Positions 27,660-40,979 of a stretch of 64,000 nucleotides of DNA are shown here, piece after piece. The translations under genes and the position numbers were made by a program. The stretch comes from the human T2T-CHM13v2.0 reference genome, Homo sapiens. How positions within the stretch are numbered: the stretch's first letter is position 1; the number at the start of each line of letters is the position of its first letter. The DNA is taken from the NCBI RefSeq assembly GCF_009914755.1, contig NC_060931.1. One strand, written 5' to 3'. The notes below the pieces were generated by a model. The model had not been told where the DNA came from and searched no databases. It was given only the letters and a program-made list of their open reading frames with translations.

Positions 27660-28050
27660 AATACATTCTTTGGCAGCAGTGACTCTCCAAAACCACTGAG
27701 GCCTAGACCTCCTCATTGCTGAGAAAGGAGGACTTTGCACCTTCTTAGTGGAAGAGTGTTGCTTTTACACTAACCAATCAGGGATAGTACAAGATGCCAC
27801 CTGGCATTTACAAGAAAAGGCTTCTGAAATCAGACAACACCTTTCAAACTCTTATACCAACCTCTGGAGTTGGGCAACATGGCTTCTCCCCTTTCTAGGT
27901 CCCATGGCAGCCACCTTGCTATTACTTACCTTTCAGCCCTGTATTTTTAACTTCCTTGTCAAATTTGTTTCCTCCAGAATTGAGGCCATCAAGCTACAGG
28001 TGGTCTTCCAAATGGAACCCCAAATAAGCTCAACTAACAACTTCTACTGA
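27660..28050 (+). pseudogene. HERV9 env TM remnant
   Basis: Immunosuppressive domain LQNH*GLDLLIAEKGGL with TGA at 27697-27699; CX6CC (CTFLVEECC); TM WLLPFLGP. Confidence 0.88.
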
Positions 28051-28217
28051 GGACCCCTGGACTGACCCCCTGGCCCTTTCACTGGCCTAAAGAGTTCCCC
28101 TCTGGAGAACTCTACAACTGCAGCGCCCCTTCTTGGCCTCTATCCAGCAGGAAGTAGCTAGAGCAGTCATTGCCCAATTCCCAGCAGCAGTTGAGGTGTC
28201 CTGTTTAGAGGGGGCAT

Positions 28218-29050
28218 TGAGAGGTGAAGCCGGCTGGGCTTCTGGGTCGGGTGGGGACTTGGAGAACTTTTCTGTCTAGCTAAAGGATTGTAAATGCACC
28301 AATTGGCACTCTGTGTCTAGCTAAAGGATTGTAAATGCACCAATCAGCACTCTGTAAAAATGCACCAATCAGCGCTCTGCATCTAGCTAAAGGTTTGTAA
28401 ATGCACTAACCAGCACTCTGTAAAAATGGAACAATCAGTGCTCTGTAAAATGGACCAATCAGCAGGACGTGGGCTGGGCCAAATAAGGGAATAAAAGCTG
28501 GCCACCCGAGCCAGCAGTGGCAACCCACTGGGTCCCCTTCCATGCTGTGGAAGCTTTGTTCTTTCATTCTTCACAATAAATCTTGCTGCTGCTCACTCTT
28601 TGGGTCTGCACTACCTTTATGAGCTGGAACACTTACCGCGAAGGTCTGCAGCTTCACTCCTGAAGCCAGCAAGACCACGAACCCACTGGGAGGAATGAAC
28701 AACTCTGGATGCGCCACTTTCAAGAACTGTAACACTCACTGAGAAGGTCTGCAGCTTCACTCCTGAAGTCAGCGAGCCCACGAGCCCACTGGGAGGAATG
28801 AAAAACTCTGGACACACCACCTTTAAGAGCTGTAACACTCACTGCGAAGGTCTGTGGCTTCACTCCTGAAGTCAAGCGAGACCACAAACCCACCGAAAGG
28901 AAGAAACTCCAGACACATCTGAACATCGGAAGGAACAAACTCCGGACACACCATCTTTAAGAACTATAACACTCACTGCGAGGGTCTACGGCTTCATTCT
29001 TGAAGTCAGCGAGACCAAGAACCCACCAGAAGGAACCAATTCCGGACACA
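28218..29050 (+). mobile_element. 3' LTR12 of the provirus (U3-R-U5 complete)
   Basis: TGAGAGGTGAAGCC...AATTCCGGACACA; U3 CCAAT tandem repeats; AATAAAA near 28490; poly(A) signal at 28575-28580; U5 repeats. Confidence 0.95.
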
Positions 29051-29499
29051 CCTTTACTCCTATCTTGTAGTCCCTATCACCCCCATTAGTTGCAAATGTA
29101 CATTATGGACTTTCTATAGCATCTCTCCTATTCGGTGATTTTGTGTCCCCATACTGTGAGCTACCCTAAATCTCTCCTCTGCATTTCAGATATTTTCTCC
29201 TTGGTCTATCAGTCTCTTATCTTTGGCAAATGTCAGAAGGGAAAAACCGGGATGAAGTGTATGTTTCACTTCCCTGTTACTCTTTCTTGGGCATCTCAGT
29301 TCTTTAAGTGCTGGATACCTTGGCAGTCCCAAATTTAATATTTGGCTCTGAGTTTTTCAGAGACTGCTTTGAGTTCTGCTGGCATTTTTCATCTTTTAGC
29401 AAAGGTCCTTTACATCACTTCTCAGTCTTTTCCCCGTAGTAACAATTGCTAAGAATCCCAAGGGCAAAAGTGGCATGAAGAGGAAAAGCAGCCATGAAG

Positions 29500-30657
29500 G
29501 GGCAGGGCAAGATGGCTGAATAGAAGCACCCACTGATCATCATCCCCCACAGGAACTTAAAATTTAACAACTATCTACACACACACAAAAACATCTTCAT
29601 AAGATCCAAAATCAGGTGAGCAATTACAGTACCTGGTTTTAAGTTCATATTGCTAAAAGAGGCACTGAAGAGGGTAGGAAAGACAGTCTTGAATCACCAG
29701 TGTCACCCGTTGCCCATTCCCTGGCAATGGCATGGTGTGAAGAGAGAATCTGCTTGAGGGAGGGAGAGTACAGAGATTTTGGGACTTTGCATTGAACCCA
29801 GTGCTGCCTGTCATGAAGAAAGCAAAACTGAACTGAATTTAGCCAATGCCATGCTTGGAGTGAGCATTTAGATCAGCCCTAGCCAGTGATCAGAACTTGA
29901 GTTTCAGCAACCCTCACCACTGCAGACTGAAGTGCTCTGGTGTGGTAAATAACTGTAAGAGGCAGGGTATGACATAAGGACTGCAACTCCTAGGCAAGTC
30001 TCAGTGCAGTGCTGGTCTCAAAGCCAGTAGAGCTGGGGGACATGTGGCCTAGTGAGACACCATGTGGAGGAGAAAAGGCAGCGCTTGCATCACCCTTCCC
30101 CCAGTCTCAGGTAGTGAAGCTCACAGCAATGAAAGTGACACTTTCCTTGTCCTTAAGAAGAGGGGAGGAAAGAGTAAAGAGGACTTTGTCTTGCATCTTG
30201 CGTCTTGGATACCAGCTCAGCCACAGTAAGATAGGGCACTGGGCATGGTTATGAGGCCCCGATTACAGGCCATAGCTTCTGGATGACACACACTCTGGGC
30301 CAGAAGGGAATCTGCTGCCTTGAAGGAAAGGACCCAGTTCTTGCAGGATTTATTAAATGCTTACTAAAGATTCCTTGGGCCCTGAATAACCAGCAGTAAT
30401 ACCTGGGTAGTACACTGTGGGCTTTGAGTGAGACTCTGAGACCTGCTGGCTTCAGGTGAGACCTGGAACAATCACAGTTGTGGTGGCTATGAGGAAAGAC
30501 TCTTTCTGCTTGAGAAAAGCAGAGGACAAGGAAAAGGGTACTTTGTCTTGCACCTTATGTAGCAGCTTGGGTACAGCAGGGTAGAATATCAAGCAAGCTC
30601 TTGGGGTCCCCTATTCCAGGCCTTCATTCTTGAACAGCATTTCTTGATCTGTCCTGC
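29500..30657 (+). mobile_element. Orphan 5'UTR of an old L1 (L1PBa/L1M1-like 5' end)
   Basis: 'ggcagggcaagatggctgaatagaag...aatttaacaactatctacac'; no ORF1 follows. Confidence 0.75.
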
Positions 30658-31059
30658 AGAAAAATGACTATTTTACTTCAGCCAGAACGAGATGTAATAA
30701 GAGGTGGTCTTACATATGAATATAGAAAGAATGGCCAGAATATGTAGAAAGTTTTGTTATTTTTAAATGCCAGTATTGTTTTTTTACCCTTGCAACTAGA
30801 TTATACAGAGATTTGATGACCTAGCATCTCCTCAGTAACATTTCTCATATTGAGTCTATAATGCTGTCTTTTAAATTTTATATTTAAAAACAATTTTTTG
30901 GCATCTCACTAAGTTATTCCATCTGCTATGTGCTTCAGGTATCTGAGTAAAGTGCGTAGAATTAGTACAAAGAAATCAAGAATTAAAAAAGAAAAAGAAA
31001 ACAGCATTATAGGAGAGCAGCTTGTGATTTTTCCCTTTCCATATTAGCTATAGACATTA

Positions 31060-31455
<396 letters not shown>

Positions 31456-32354
31456 CTATTTATATGAGACATATTATAGTTTTCCTAAATAATATTATCC
31501 TGGAATTAAGAACTCAGCCATTGCTTCAGTAAATAAACCTTATTTGTTTTTCCCTGGCAGGAGTTTTTAACTTTTCTCAGCTTAGTTGTAAACTTTCAAC
31601 TGTTCTATATTGGAATTTTTAAACTTGATAATACTGGCTTAAATAAGAATATACAGACCACATGAAAAAATCTGGTGCTTACAAAATAAGACATGGAGAA
31701 AAATTATATTTTTTGGTTTATAGACCTCTTAATTCATCAGACCTGTAAAAACTAAAAGCATGTTTCTCAATGTTCAGTTCTAGGCTGGGATCTCAAGGAT
31801 GATAAATGAAAGAGCTGTAAGATTACAGGCTTACAATGCCTCCCTATAGGACACCAAGCAGCAGGGGATAGAAAGCAAAGCAAAAACTGTTCAGATTTTG
31901 TATTGCATTATGCAAAGTGGTCTCTGCAGATATTTCTTCCCAACAGCAGAGCATTTATGGTCAAATTATTTGATTTCCACTTAGTTATGTTAAAATTGCA
32001 TAATTTTGGTCATATATTTCAGAAGAAGCAACTTTCTAGAGTTACATTTTTAAAAAATGCATCATGGCAAAAATAGCAAGTTGCTGAGTGTGGTATAATC
32101 AATCTCCTATAAAATACAAAATAACTACCTTCGATTTCACGAAGATTATCTCTCATGTTCTGTGGCCTATATGAGGTACTAACAAATGAATAATACTGAA
32201 TAATGAGTGCCATATTAAACCATGGTCAGTTGTATTTTAAAAATTTACTTTAAAATACTAAATGAAACTTTGTATGTGGTTTTAATCATGCAGTATTTTC
32301 AGTGACTTTAATAGGAAGAAAATTTTAAGCAAACAAAAAATATATATATATATA

Positions 32355-32722
32355 CCAGCCAACAAAAAAAGGAACGAATCCTGACATTTGTGACAACATG
32401 GATGAAACTGGAGGACATTATGTTTAATGAAATAAGCAAGACACAGGAAGCCAAGTACTGTATAATCTCACCTATATGAGGAGTCTAAAAAATTCAAACT
32501 CATGGAAGCAGAGAGAACAGTGGTTACCAGGGGTTGAGGGCTGGGGAAACTTTCAGTTATAAAATGAACATGTTCTAGGATCTAAAGTATAGCATGGGTA
32601 ATGATGGATATGTTAATCAATTTTGTGTCAATCATTACCCAGTGTTTGCATATGTCAATTCATCACATTGTACACCTTGCATATATACAATCTTTATCCA
32701 TCAATCAGAGATTTAAAAAAGA
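32355..32722 (+). mobile_element. L1MA/MB 3' end
   Basis: 'catttgtgacaacatggatgaaactggaggacattatg'. Confidence 0.8.
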
Positions 32723-32761
32723 ATAAGTGTACTGCTTTTTAAAGTTATTATCCAAAGATAA

Positions 32762-32970
32762 GGCCAGGCATGGTGGCTAGTGCCTGTAATTCCAGCAATT
32801 TGGGAGGCCAAGGCGAGAGGATTGCTTGAGCTCAGGAGTTTGACATTAGCCTGGGCAACATGGCAAAATCCTCATATGCATGAACAAAGAGATTATATGA
32901 AACTGAAACTTATATTTAAAAGGGAAGCAGGGCATATAAGTTTGGGAAATTTGCAGCATGGCCTTGTGGG

Positions 32971-33027
<57 letters not shown>

Positions 33028-34647
33028 CTCTTTTTGGGAGAGAATCAAGCCTGCTGCAGAAATTTGCATAAGTAAAAAGGAGCCAAATGTTAACAGCTAG
33101 ACAATAGGGAATGTGGCTCCAGGGCATTTTAGATAAATTTACAACAGCCCCTCCCATCACAGGTCTGGAGGCCTAGGAGGTAAAAATGGTTTCCTGAGCC
33201 AGGCCCGGCTGCTCTATGCAGCCTCAAGACATGGTGTCCTGTGTCACAGCCATTCCACCTTTAGCCCTGACTAAAACAGGCCAAAGTAGAGCTCGGGCCA
33301 TGGCTTTAGAGGATGCAAGGCCCAAGACTTGGCAGCTTCCACATGATGTTGGGCCTGCAGGTGTGCAGAAGGCAAGAGTTGAGGTTTGGGAACCTCTATC
33401 TAGATTTCAGAGGATGTATGGAAATACCTGGATGTCCAGGCAGAAGTCTGCTGCAGGAGTGGAGCTCTCATGGAGAACCTCTAGTTGGGCGGTGCAAAGG
33501 GGAAATGTAGGGGTTGGAGCCACCACACAGTCTTCACTGGGGCACTGCCTAGTGGAGCTGTGAGAAGAGGGCATCATCCTTCACACCCCAGAATATTAGA
33601 TCCACCAACAGTTTGCACCCTGCACCTGGAAAAGCCTCAGGCACTTAACACTAGTCCATGAAAGCAGCCACAGAGGCTGTACCCTGCAGAGCCACAAAGG
33701 TAGAGCTGAACAAGGCCTTGGGTGCCCACTCCTTGCATCAGCCTTCCTGGATGTAAGACATAAAGTTAAAGATTATTTTGTAATTGTAAGATTTAATTAC
33801 TGCCCTTTCTGGGTTTTGGACTTGCATGGGACATGTATCCCTTTTATTTTGGCTAATTTCTCCCTTTTGGAATAGGAACATTTACCCAGTGTATCTTGAA
33901 AGTAACTAACTTGGTTTTGATTTTACAGGCTCATAGATAGAAGGGCGTCTCAGGTGACACTTTGGACTGTGGGCTTTTGAGTTAATGTTCAAATGAGTTA
34001 AAACTTTAGAGGACTGTAAGAAAGGCATGATTGGGTTTTGAAATGTGAGGACATGAGATTTAGGAGGAGTCAGGGGTGGAATGATGTGGTTGTGTCTGTG
34101 TTCCCACCCAAATCTCCTGTGGAACTGTAATCCCCATGTATTGAAGGTGGGACCTAGTGAGAGGTGATTGGATCATGGGGGTGGATTTCTCCCATGTTGT
34201 TCTCATGACAGTGAGTGAGTTCTCACAAGATCTGATGGTTTAAAAGTGTGTGGCACTTCCCTCCTCACTCTCTTTCTCTATCCTGCCACCATGTGAAGAT
34301 GTGCTTACTTCCCCTTCACCTTCCCCCATGACTATAAATTTCCTAAGGCCTCCCAGTCATGTTTCCTGTTAAATCTGTGGAACTGTGAGTCAATTAAATC
34401 TCTTTTCTTCATAAATTAACCAGTCTTGGGTAGTTCTTTATAGCAGTGTGAGAATTGACTAATACACTCTACAAAAAAATTGCAAAAGATTAACTGGGTG
34501 TAGTGGCATGCACCTGCAGTCCCATCTAGTCTGGAGCTGAGGTGGGAGTATTGCTTGAGCCTGGGAGGCAGATGTTGCAGTGAGCCAAGATCATGCCACT
34601 GCATTCCCGCCTCGGTGACAGAGTGGGATCCTGTCTCAAAAACAAAA
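32762..34647 (+). mobile_element. AluJ split by a MaLR (32762-32875 and 34467-34647)
   Basis: '...ggcaaaatcctcat' and 'ctctacaaaaaa...' rejoin to the Alu consensus. Confidence 0.85.
32876..34466 (+). mobile_element. MST/THE1 MaLR internal region plus 3' LTR (34082-34466); 5' LTR missing
   Basis: MaLR-int motifs ('caagacttggcagcttccacatg', 'gatttcagaggatgtatggaaa'); LTR tgatgtgg...ctaataca; (CA)n near 32974-33021. Confidence 0.88.
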
Positions 34648-34791
34648 GAGTTATTACCCAAAGAAAACTGATATTAATATTTGGAGATATTTATTTTAAT
34701 TTATACTGATTTATTAAAACTATTTTTCTCTGCATATAAGCAATATATATCTATTTCAGTATAATCATTATACTATAACTGACATTTTTAA

Positions 34792-34945
34792 TTTTTTTTT
34801 TTTTTTTGAGATGGGATCTCACTCTCTCACCCAGGCTGGAGTGAAGTGGTGTGATCATAGCTCACTCCTAGGCTCAAGGGATCCTTCTGCCTCAGCCTCC
34901 TGAGTAGTTAGGAGTATAGACTTGTTACAACCATGCCTGTCTAGT
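34792..34945 (-). mobile_element. Old Alu right-arm monomer
   Basis: T-tail plus right arm; TSD-like 'acatttt(t)aatt'. Confidence 0.8.
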
Positions 34946-35685
34946 AACATTTTAATTGTTTTATTTTACTTAACATTATAGTATTTGCACCTATCTATAC
35001 TATTAAAACTGTATGATTATGTAATCTTAGTGATGATAAGATTTTCTCTTATAATCATTTAGTATACATTATTCAAACTTTTTTCTTATTAAACATTGAT
35101 TTTTTAAGTATTTGCTATATTATAAAAGTATAAAATTGACATCTTTCTGCATTTAGCTTCATATATATCTCTTGTTGTCTATTGTAAATTCCTCAATGTG
35201 GAATTGATAAAAATATTATGGATGATTTTAAGACTTGATATGCACAGCTAAACTGGTTTCCTCAAATTTGTGGCAATCTAATCTACTGCAAGGATGCATC
35301 CCTGCTTTCCCTGATTTAGCAGAAGCTTTCAACCATATTAATAAGAAATGCATGATTCAGTAAATATAGGAATACTTATGTAGCATACTTCAACTTCTTT
35401 TAGAAGGGGTACATTTTTTGACTTCACCAGGATATCAAAAACTTCAAGCTATTAAGTTAATTGGTTTTCAATACAGGCAAGGCTTTGGACTTTGGAGATA
35501 TCTGGTGTTCAACATTCTGAGCTTCATAATGTCAGCTGAATGTTTAAGATACTCCAAACTTTAGGACAGAATGAAATATATATTATATATTAAATTACAA
35601 TGTATCATAGATACGAAAATCTTGCTGGCAATGTTTCACAATTACCTTATGAAATATAATTATATTTATTTCATAATGTACTAAC

Positions 35686-36054
35686 TATATTAGTCTGTTC
35701 TCACACTGCTGTAAAGATACTACCCCAGGATTGATAATTTGTAAAGGAAAGAGGTCCAACTGACCCACAGTTCTACATGGCTGGAGAGGCCTCAGGAAAC
35801 CCACAATCATGGTGGAAGGCAAAGGGGAAGGAAGAACCTTCTTCACATGGTGTCAGGAGCGAGGAGAGAGAAGCGAAGGGAGAAGAGCCCCTTATAAAAC
35901 CACCAGATCTTATGAGAACTCACTCACTATTATGCAAATAGCATGTGGGAAACCTCCCCCATGATCCAATCATCTCCCCCCAGGTCTCTCCCTAGACACA
36001 TGGGGATTACAATTCAAGATGAGATTTGGGTGGAGACGCAGCCAAACCCTATCA
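35686..36054 (-). mobile_element. THE1/MST solo LTR
   Basis: 'tattagtctgttctcacactgct...gagatttgggtggagacgcagccaaaccctatca'. Confidence 0.88.
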
Positions 36055-36364
36055 ATTATATTCCTGGGACTCCTTTATATGGGCCTGACTTTCTATGAGG
36101 CAACTTGCATATAAAGAGCTTTCCCATGGTACATTATGTAAAGTGTTGGAGCTAGCCACAGACCATAGAAGACCTACTAGTGCTGGCAACAACCTGTGGC
36201 CATCCATTGGCCAGTCCTTTAGGTCTCCATTCTACCCATAATTATCACCGTTAAGGTAGAGATGAGATTGGGGAAGGAGTGAGAAAGAGGATGGTAAAGG
36301 CCATCTAGCTGAATATTTTAACAGTTTTCAAGTATTCTTTTTGACTTACTTAAATTTCAATTAA

Positions 36365-37008
36365 ATTTTATGTTAATTTTAATTTAGTGGATATATAAAA
36401 CAGTTGCACATATTTATGGGGTACCTGTGAACTTTTGACGAATGCATACAATGCGTAATGATCAAATCAGGGCAATTGGGATATCTAGTGCCTCAACATT
36501 TATCATTTCTTTGTTTTGGAAACGTTTCAAATCTTCCCTTCTAGCTGTTTTGAAATATATATTAAATTATTTTTAACCATACGCACCCTATTGTGCTATC
36601 GAATGCTACAGCTTATTCCTTGTATCTAACTGTATTTTTGTACCCGTTAACCAATCCCTCCTCATCCTCCCCTCCCCACTATGGCTCTCAGCCTCTGGCA
36701 ACCACCATTCTATTCACTACCCGCAAGGATCAATTTTTTTAGGTCCCACATATGAGTGAAAACATGCAATATTTGTCTTTCAGTGCCTGACTTATTTTAC
36801 TCAATAAAATGTTCTTCAGACTCATTCCTGTTGCCACTTATAAATAAGATTCTAGTCTTTTTTATGGCTGAATTATTTTCTATTGTGTCTCTATGCCGCA
36901 TTTTCTTTACCCATTCATCTGTTAATGGATACTTAGGTTGATTCCATATCTTGGTTATTGTGAAGGCAACTGAAATAAACATGCAAGTGCAGACATTTCT
37001 TTGATATA
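36365..37008 (-). mobile_element. L1MA-like 3' end
   Basis: 'tcccacatatgagtgaaaacatgc' and 'cttaggttgattccatatcttgg'. Confidence 0.82.
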
Positions 37009-39335
37009 AGAGAATTGAAAGCATGATATAAAAATATTTCCTGAATGTGTTTTGTATTTTATGTAACAATAATAAATATTAATATATATATTTCTATAAA
37101 CTATTATTAAAAAAACACTAGAAACGTTAGGTCTAAGCCTAGGAATCTAGGAGTAGAGGCCTTGTGGAAAACCAAGGAATAGGTGATAGTGCTCCTCAGG
37201 CCACACATTACACAAAAAGTTTTTCACATATTCACTGTTCAGGACAGGATCATAGCAAATAGAAGATCATAGCAGATCTTCTATTTCCACAAATGTATTC
37301 CAAATGGAAAAGATGAATTCTAAGCATGCCTATTAGATCATTTTACTTACTAACCATACTTTAATACTAGTTCAATGAATGGTTATTGGTAAGTACTTTT
37401 TCTAAATCACTAGTAATATTTTGGAAAGCACTCCTAAAAACTGCTTTACCAGACAAAAATTAAAAAGGTAATTGTTTCCAAGTCCTTCAATTGTTTTAGA
37501 ATGCTGGTCATCTTTGACAAGCCACCTAAAAAATACCTGTCTTAATCATTTCCTTCTGAAGACAAGCAATGAACAATCCATTGTGATTTTACTCAAGCAT
37601 AGCTTGTTTCCCTGCCTTTCTACTTAAAAATATTTTAATATTAACAGGTCAAATTGTAATATAAAAAACAATAATCACTGTGAACACAAAATGATAGTTG
37701 TAGAAAACACCACCACTATTATTTTGTATTCCTCTCTACAACTTCTTATCACATAAACAACACTCCGTGTAAATTGTTTTAACGCTTGTCTCCCCTATAC
37801 TCAATGGATTCCTTGACAATTAAGAATTGGCTTTTATGTCTGAATTCTGAGTGCCTAAAAATATTCGATACATGTGACTGGAAAAAGAAAGAGAAAGCAA
37901 AATAAAGGAAAATTTCATGATTGAAAGAAAATCATCTTACAGTAGCATTCCAAGAGAAATCTCTAATTGTTTAGAACTGTTGCTTTATGTTTTTAATCCC
38001 CAACTTGTTTATTAAATTTATAAAGTGGACTTGTGTGGTTGAAAGAATAATGAGCTATTCCTTGGGAGACTTTGAGTGTGGGTATCTCCAAATATCCAAA
38101 CACATTTTTAGTTTTAAACATGATACTATTTTATAATTTTATAAGTTGATAATGAGAATAAAAATATTGGATGTTTGGTCTAAAATCACAGAGATAATAT
38201 AGTTCACACTGGCTTTCTGAAATTTTATTTGTGCCTGGCAATAGAGTCACTACATTATACGTATTATGTCAACCTCCACATTGATCCTATAATGGAGGTT
38301 TAGTTTAGTTTTAATAGTCTTTTGCCATTAAGCTATAGGACCTTTAAGTAACTTAAGTAAGTGATGGAGCCAGGATTTGAATCTGAGCAGCTGGAATCTA
38401 CAGCCTACATACTGAGATTAGATTGCAATGTTATATGAATAAAAGTTAAGCCTAAAATGTTGAGAGCAATATAAAATAATGGAAACATTTAGCGTTTTAT
38501 CTTTTACTTTGTAAATGTAAAGCATTGGTTCTTAAATTTAATATGTTGTATATTCTAGGGTGTTATGTGACATTTCAAGAGTGAACAGAGTATTTATCTA
38601 AAAAAACTGTATGTATTATTCAAACAGGTGCATAGATTAAGAAACATTTAATTGATAAATAGCCCTCAATCAAGCAAATCTGGCACCTACACATTTAGCT
38701 TTCTTTATTTAAAAGGTAAATATAACATATTCACATAGTGCTCTCAAATCAGACATTAACTTTTTGTGATGAATATATAGAAAGGAAAGACATCTCTGCT
38801 GGTGTGAAAGAGGTTTTTGGAAAACTTCTCACTTCTGCTTCTCACTGTAGCAATCTAACTTCTAGTAGACCATTTCTTCCTGAGTACAATTAGAAAAGCT
38901 AGGTAGTACATTCAACACAATGCAAACAAACCAACAAAAATATGTGTTAAAGTATTAAGGAATTCAGTTCAAGTCGAAGTGACTCAAACAGCTTTGTTTT
39001 ATAAGCAACGGAGCTGGAGATTTGATTCCATCAAATAAGAAAGGAAAAACTGATTTTTGTATTACTAATTCCTCAGGGCAAGATTGCTGAATGTCAAGAG
39101 TGTGTGCTTTGTGTTAAAAGACATGAAATCAGCAAGTTTTCAAGATCAATTTGCAGGACCAATCCCCAATTCCCAATTTTCTAATTCAGCTTGTCTAGCA
39201 ATATGCTTTGTGCTTCTTTTGGGGACATAGAGACAATCAGGACAGAAGTTTAGCATCTTATTAAGGTGACAGTGAGAATTGTTAATGATAAACAAGTAAC
39301 ACCAAACGTGAAACTTTAAGAATATTGCTACAGTT

Positions 39336-39673
39336 ATTTTTTTAATTTTTTTATTTTTTATTTTTTTTGAGACGGAGTCTTGCTCTGTCGCCCAGCCTGG
39401 ACTGCAGTGGCGCGATCTCTACTCACTGCAAGCTCCGCTTCCCGGGTTCACACAAGTTCCGCCTCCCGGGCTCACCCCATTCTCCTGCCTCAGCCTCCCG
39501 AGTAGCTGGGACTGCAGGCGCCCGCCAGCAAGCCCGGCTAATTTTTTGTATTTTTAGTAGAGATAGGGTTTCACTGTGTTAGCCAAGACGGTCTCGATCT
39601 CCTGACCTCGTGATCCACCCACCTCGGCCTCCCAAAGTGCTGGGATTACAGGCGTGAGCCACTCCGCCCTGCC
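39336..39673 (-). mobile_element. AluY with an internal 24-bp tandem duplication
   Basis: AluY diagnostics; duplicated 'caagctccgc.tcccggg.tcac' at 39429 and 39453. Confidence 0.95.
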
Positions 39674-40943
39674 TATGCTTCTGTATTTTCAGAGAATTTC
39701 AAATATTGCTAATATTGAGAATTATTATGATACATTAAAAAGATCAGGGCTTCTTGAATGACAAGATCTAAAAGATTCTGTTTTTTAATTGATAAACTTC
39801 CCAATTAGTTATAAATGTGTTCTTTTTCTTTGATAACATGTACATGTATTGACACATTAATATCTTGAGAATCCCTAATCAGGTTTATAAAATATTTTGC
39901 TTTATTGTAAAATGAGATACTCAGAATTCTATTAAATGTGCTTAATAATTTAAATGTTTGCATGTAATAATTTTGCCATTATTCAAAATTTGGAATGGCA
40001 TTTATTTTCATGAACTGATGAAGTATTTCTCTTTTAAATACAACATCTTATTTTTGTTTTAAAATTCTATAGCTTTCTGGACTTTTGGACATTTTACCTC
40101 CTAAAATATACCAAATATCAGTAAATCAGAAGTTTCTATACATAATGGAGAAGGTAACATATTTCAAAAGTGAAAATGCTGACCACAATCCCCAAAAGAA
40201 GCAAATGAGAATTCCACACCGGCACGTCACTGGGGAGAGCAAACAAGATCATGTTGTATTTTGTAGTTCAGCAACGTGTAAAACATCACTTGCTGTCTTG
40301 AAAGCATTCCACTGGGGAGAGCAGGAATGGCTTGCTGACAACCCCATCTTGTAAGATCATGGAAATATCCTAGGTTATTTCCAAATGTTTATAGGCATCA
40401 TTTAAAGGCGTGCAGCTGTGTTTTTACCTGTGGTTTCCACCTGTCACGCTATAATTGCTTTAGAATTAACACTCTCTAAGAGGAAGTAAGGATTCTTAAG
40501 AGATGTATTTGGTCCCAAATTAAACAGAGATGTGCGTAAACCCACTCATTTTCCCATTAAGAGAAAGCCATAAAGGAATGCTCCTCTGCTCTTGGCAGAT
40601 GCTGAAAGAAACTCATGAGTTACTCCCAGGCTGCCTTGCCATAATCTTATGGAAAAAATGATTATCTATTTCTTAAATTTACAGCATTTAAATTATGATG
40701 CCCTTTAAGTAAAGACCAACATTATCATCAGGGAAAGATGGGTTAACTGTGTTATCCATTATGTAACGAAACACCAAAGGTGAAATATTGCATTTAGAAT
40801 TTCCAATGAATCAACAAAGCTTTAAGATTTAGGTCCCATCTCCCAAAATTATCCAATAAGCTCATTAAGTCTTTTGAGGAATGGTAAAAGTATAAACAGA
40901 AAAGCAGACTAGCAATAATTATAGCTTTATACATATGCTTAAT

Positions 40944-40979
40944 TGGCAGGCGAGAATTCTACCCCTGAACGACCCAGGC
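40944..40979 (-). pseudogene. Tailless retrocopy of the 5' half of tRNA-Gly(GCC)
   Basis: Reverse complement GCCTGGGTCGTTCAGGGGTAGAATTCTCGCCTGCCA versus recalled tRNA-Gly GCATGGGTGGTTCAGTGGTAGAATTCTCGCCTGCCA (3 mismatches in 36). Flanked by 'tacatat(g/a)cttaatt' at 40930-40944 and 40985-40999. Confidence 0.85.

Larger units (their letters stand above)
22691..29050 (+). mobile_element. Defective HERV9 (ERV9/LTR12) provirus lacking its 5' LTR
   Basis: Leader repeats, gag, pro, RT/RNase H, env TM, PPT (28207-28214) and a complete 3' LTR12. Confidence 0.93.

Noticed and set aside
27748-28050. 100-aa env ORF as a co-opted syncytin-like gene
   Set aside because: No signal peptide or SU, a stop inside the immunosuppressive domain, and a GTG start; it is a remnant only.
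22691-29050. ERV as an L1-mediated processed copy, as known for HERV-W
   Set aside because: The 3' LTR includes U5 and ends in CA with no poly(A) or long TSD.
33216-33563. 115-aa ORF
   Set aside because: It lies in MaLR internal sequence; no evidence of a host gene.
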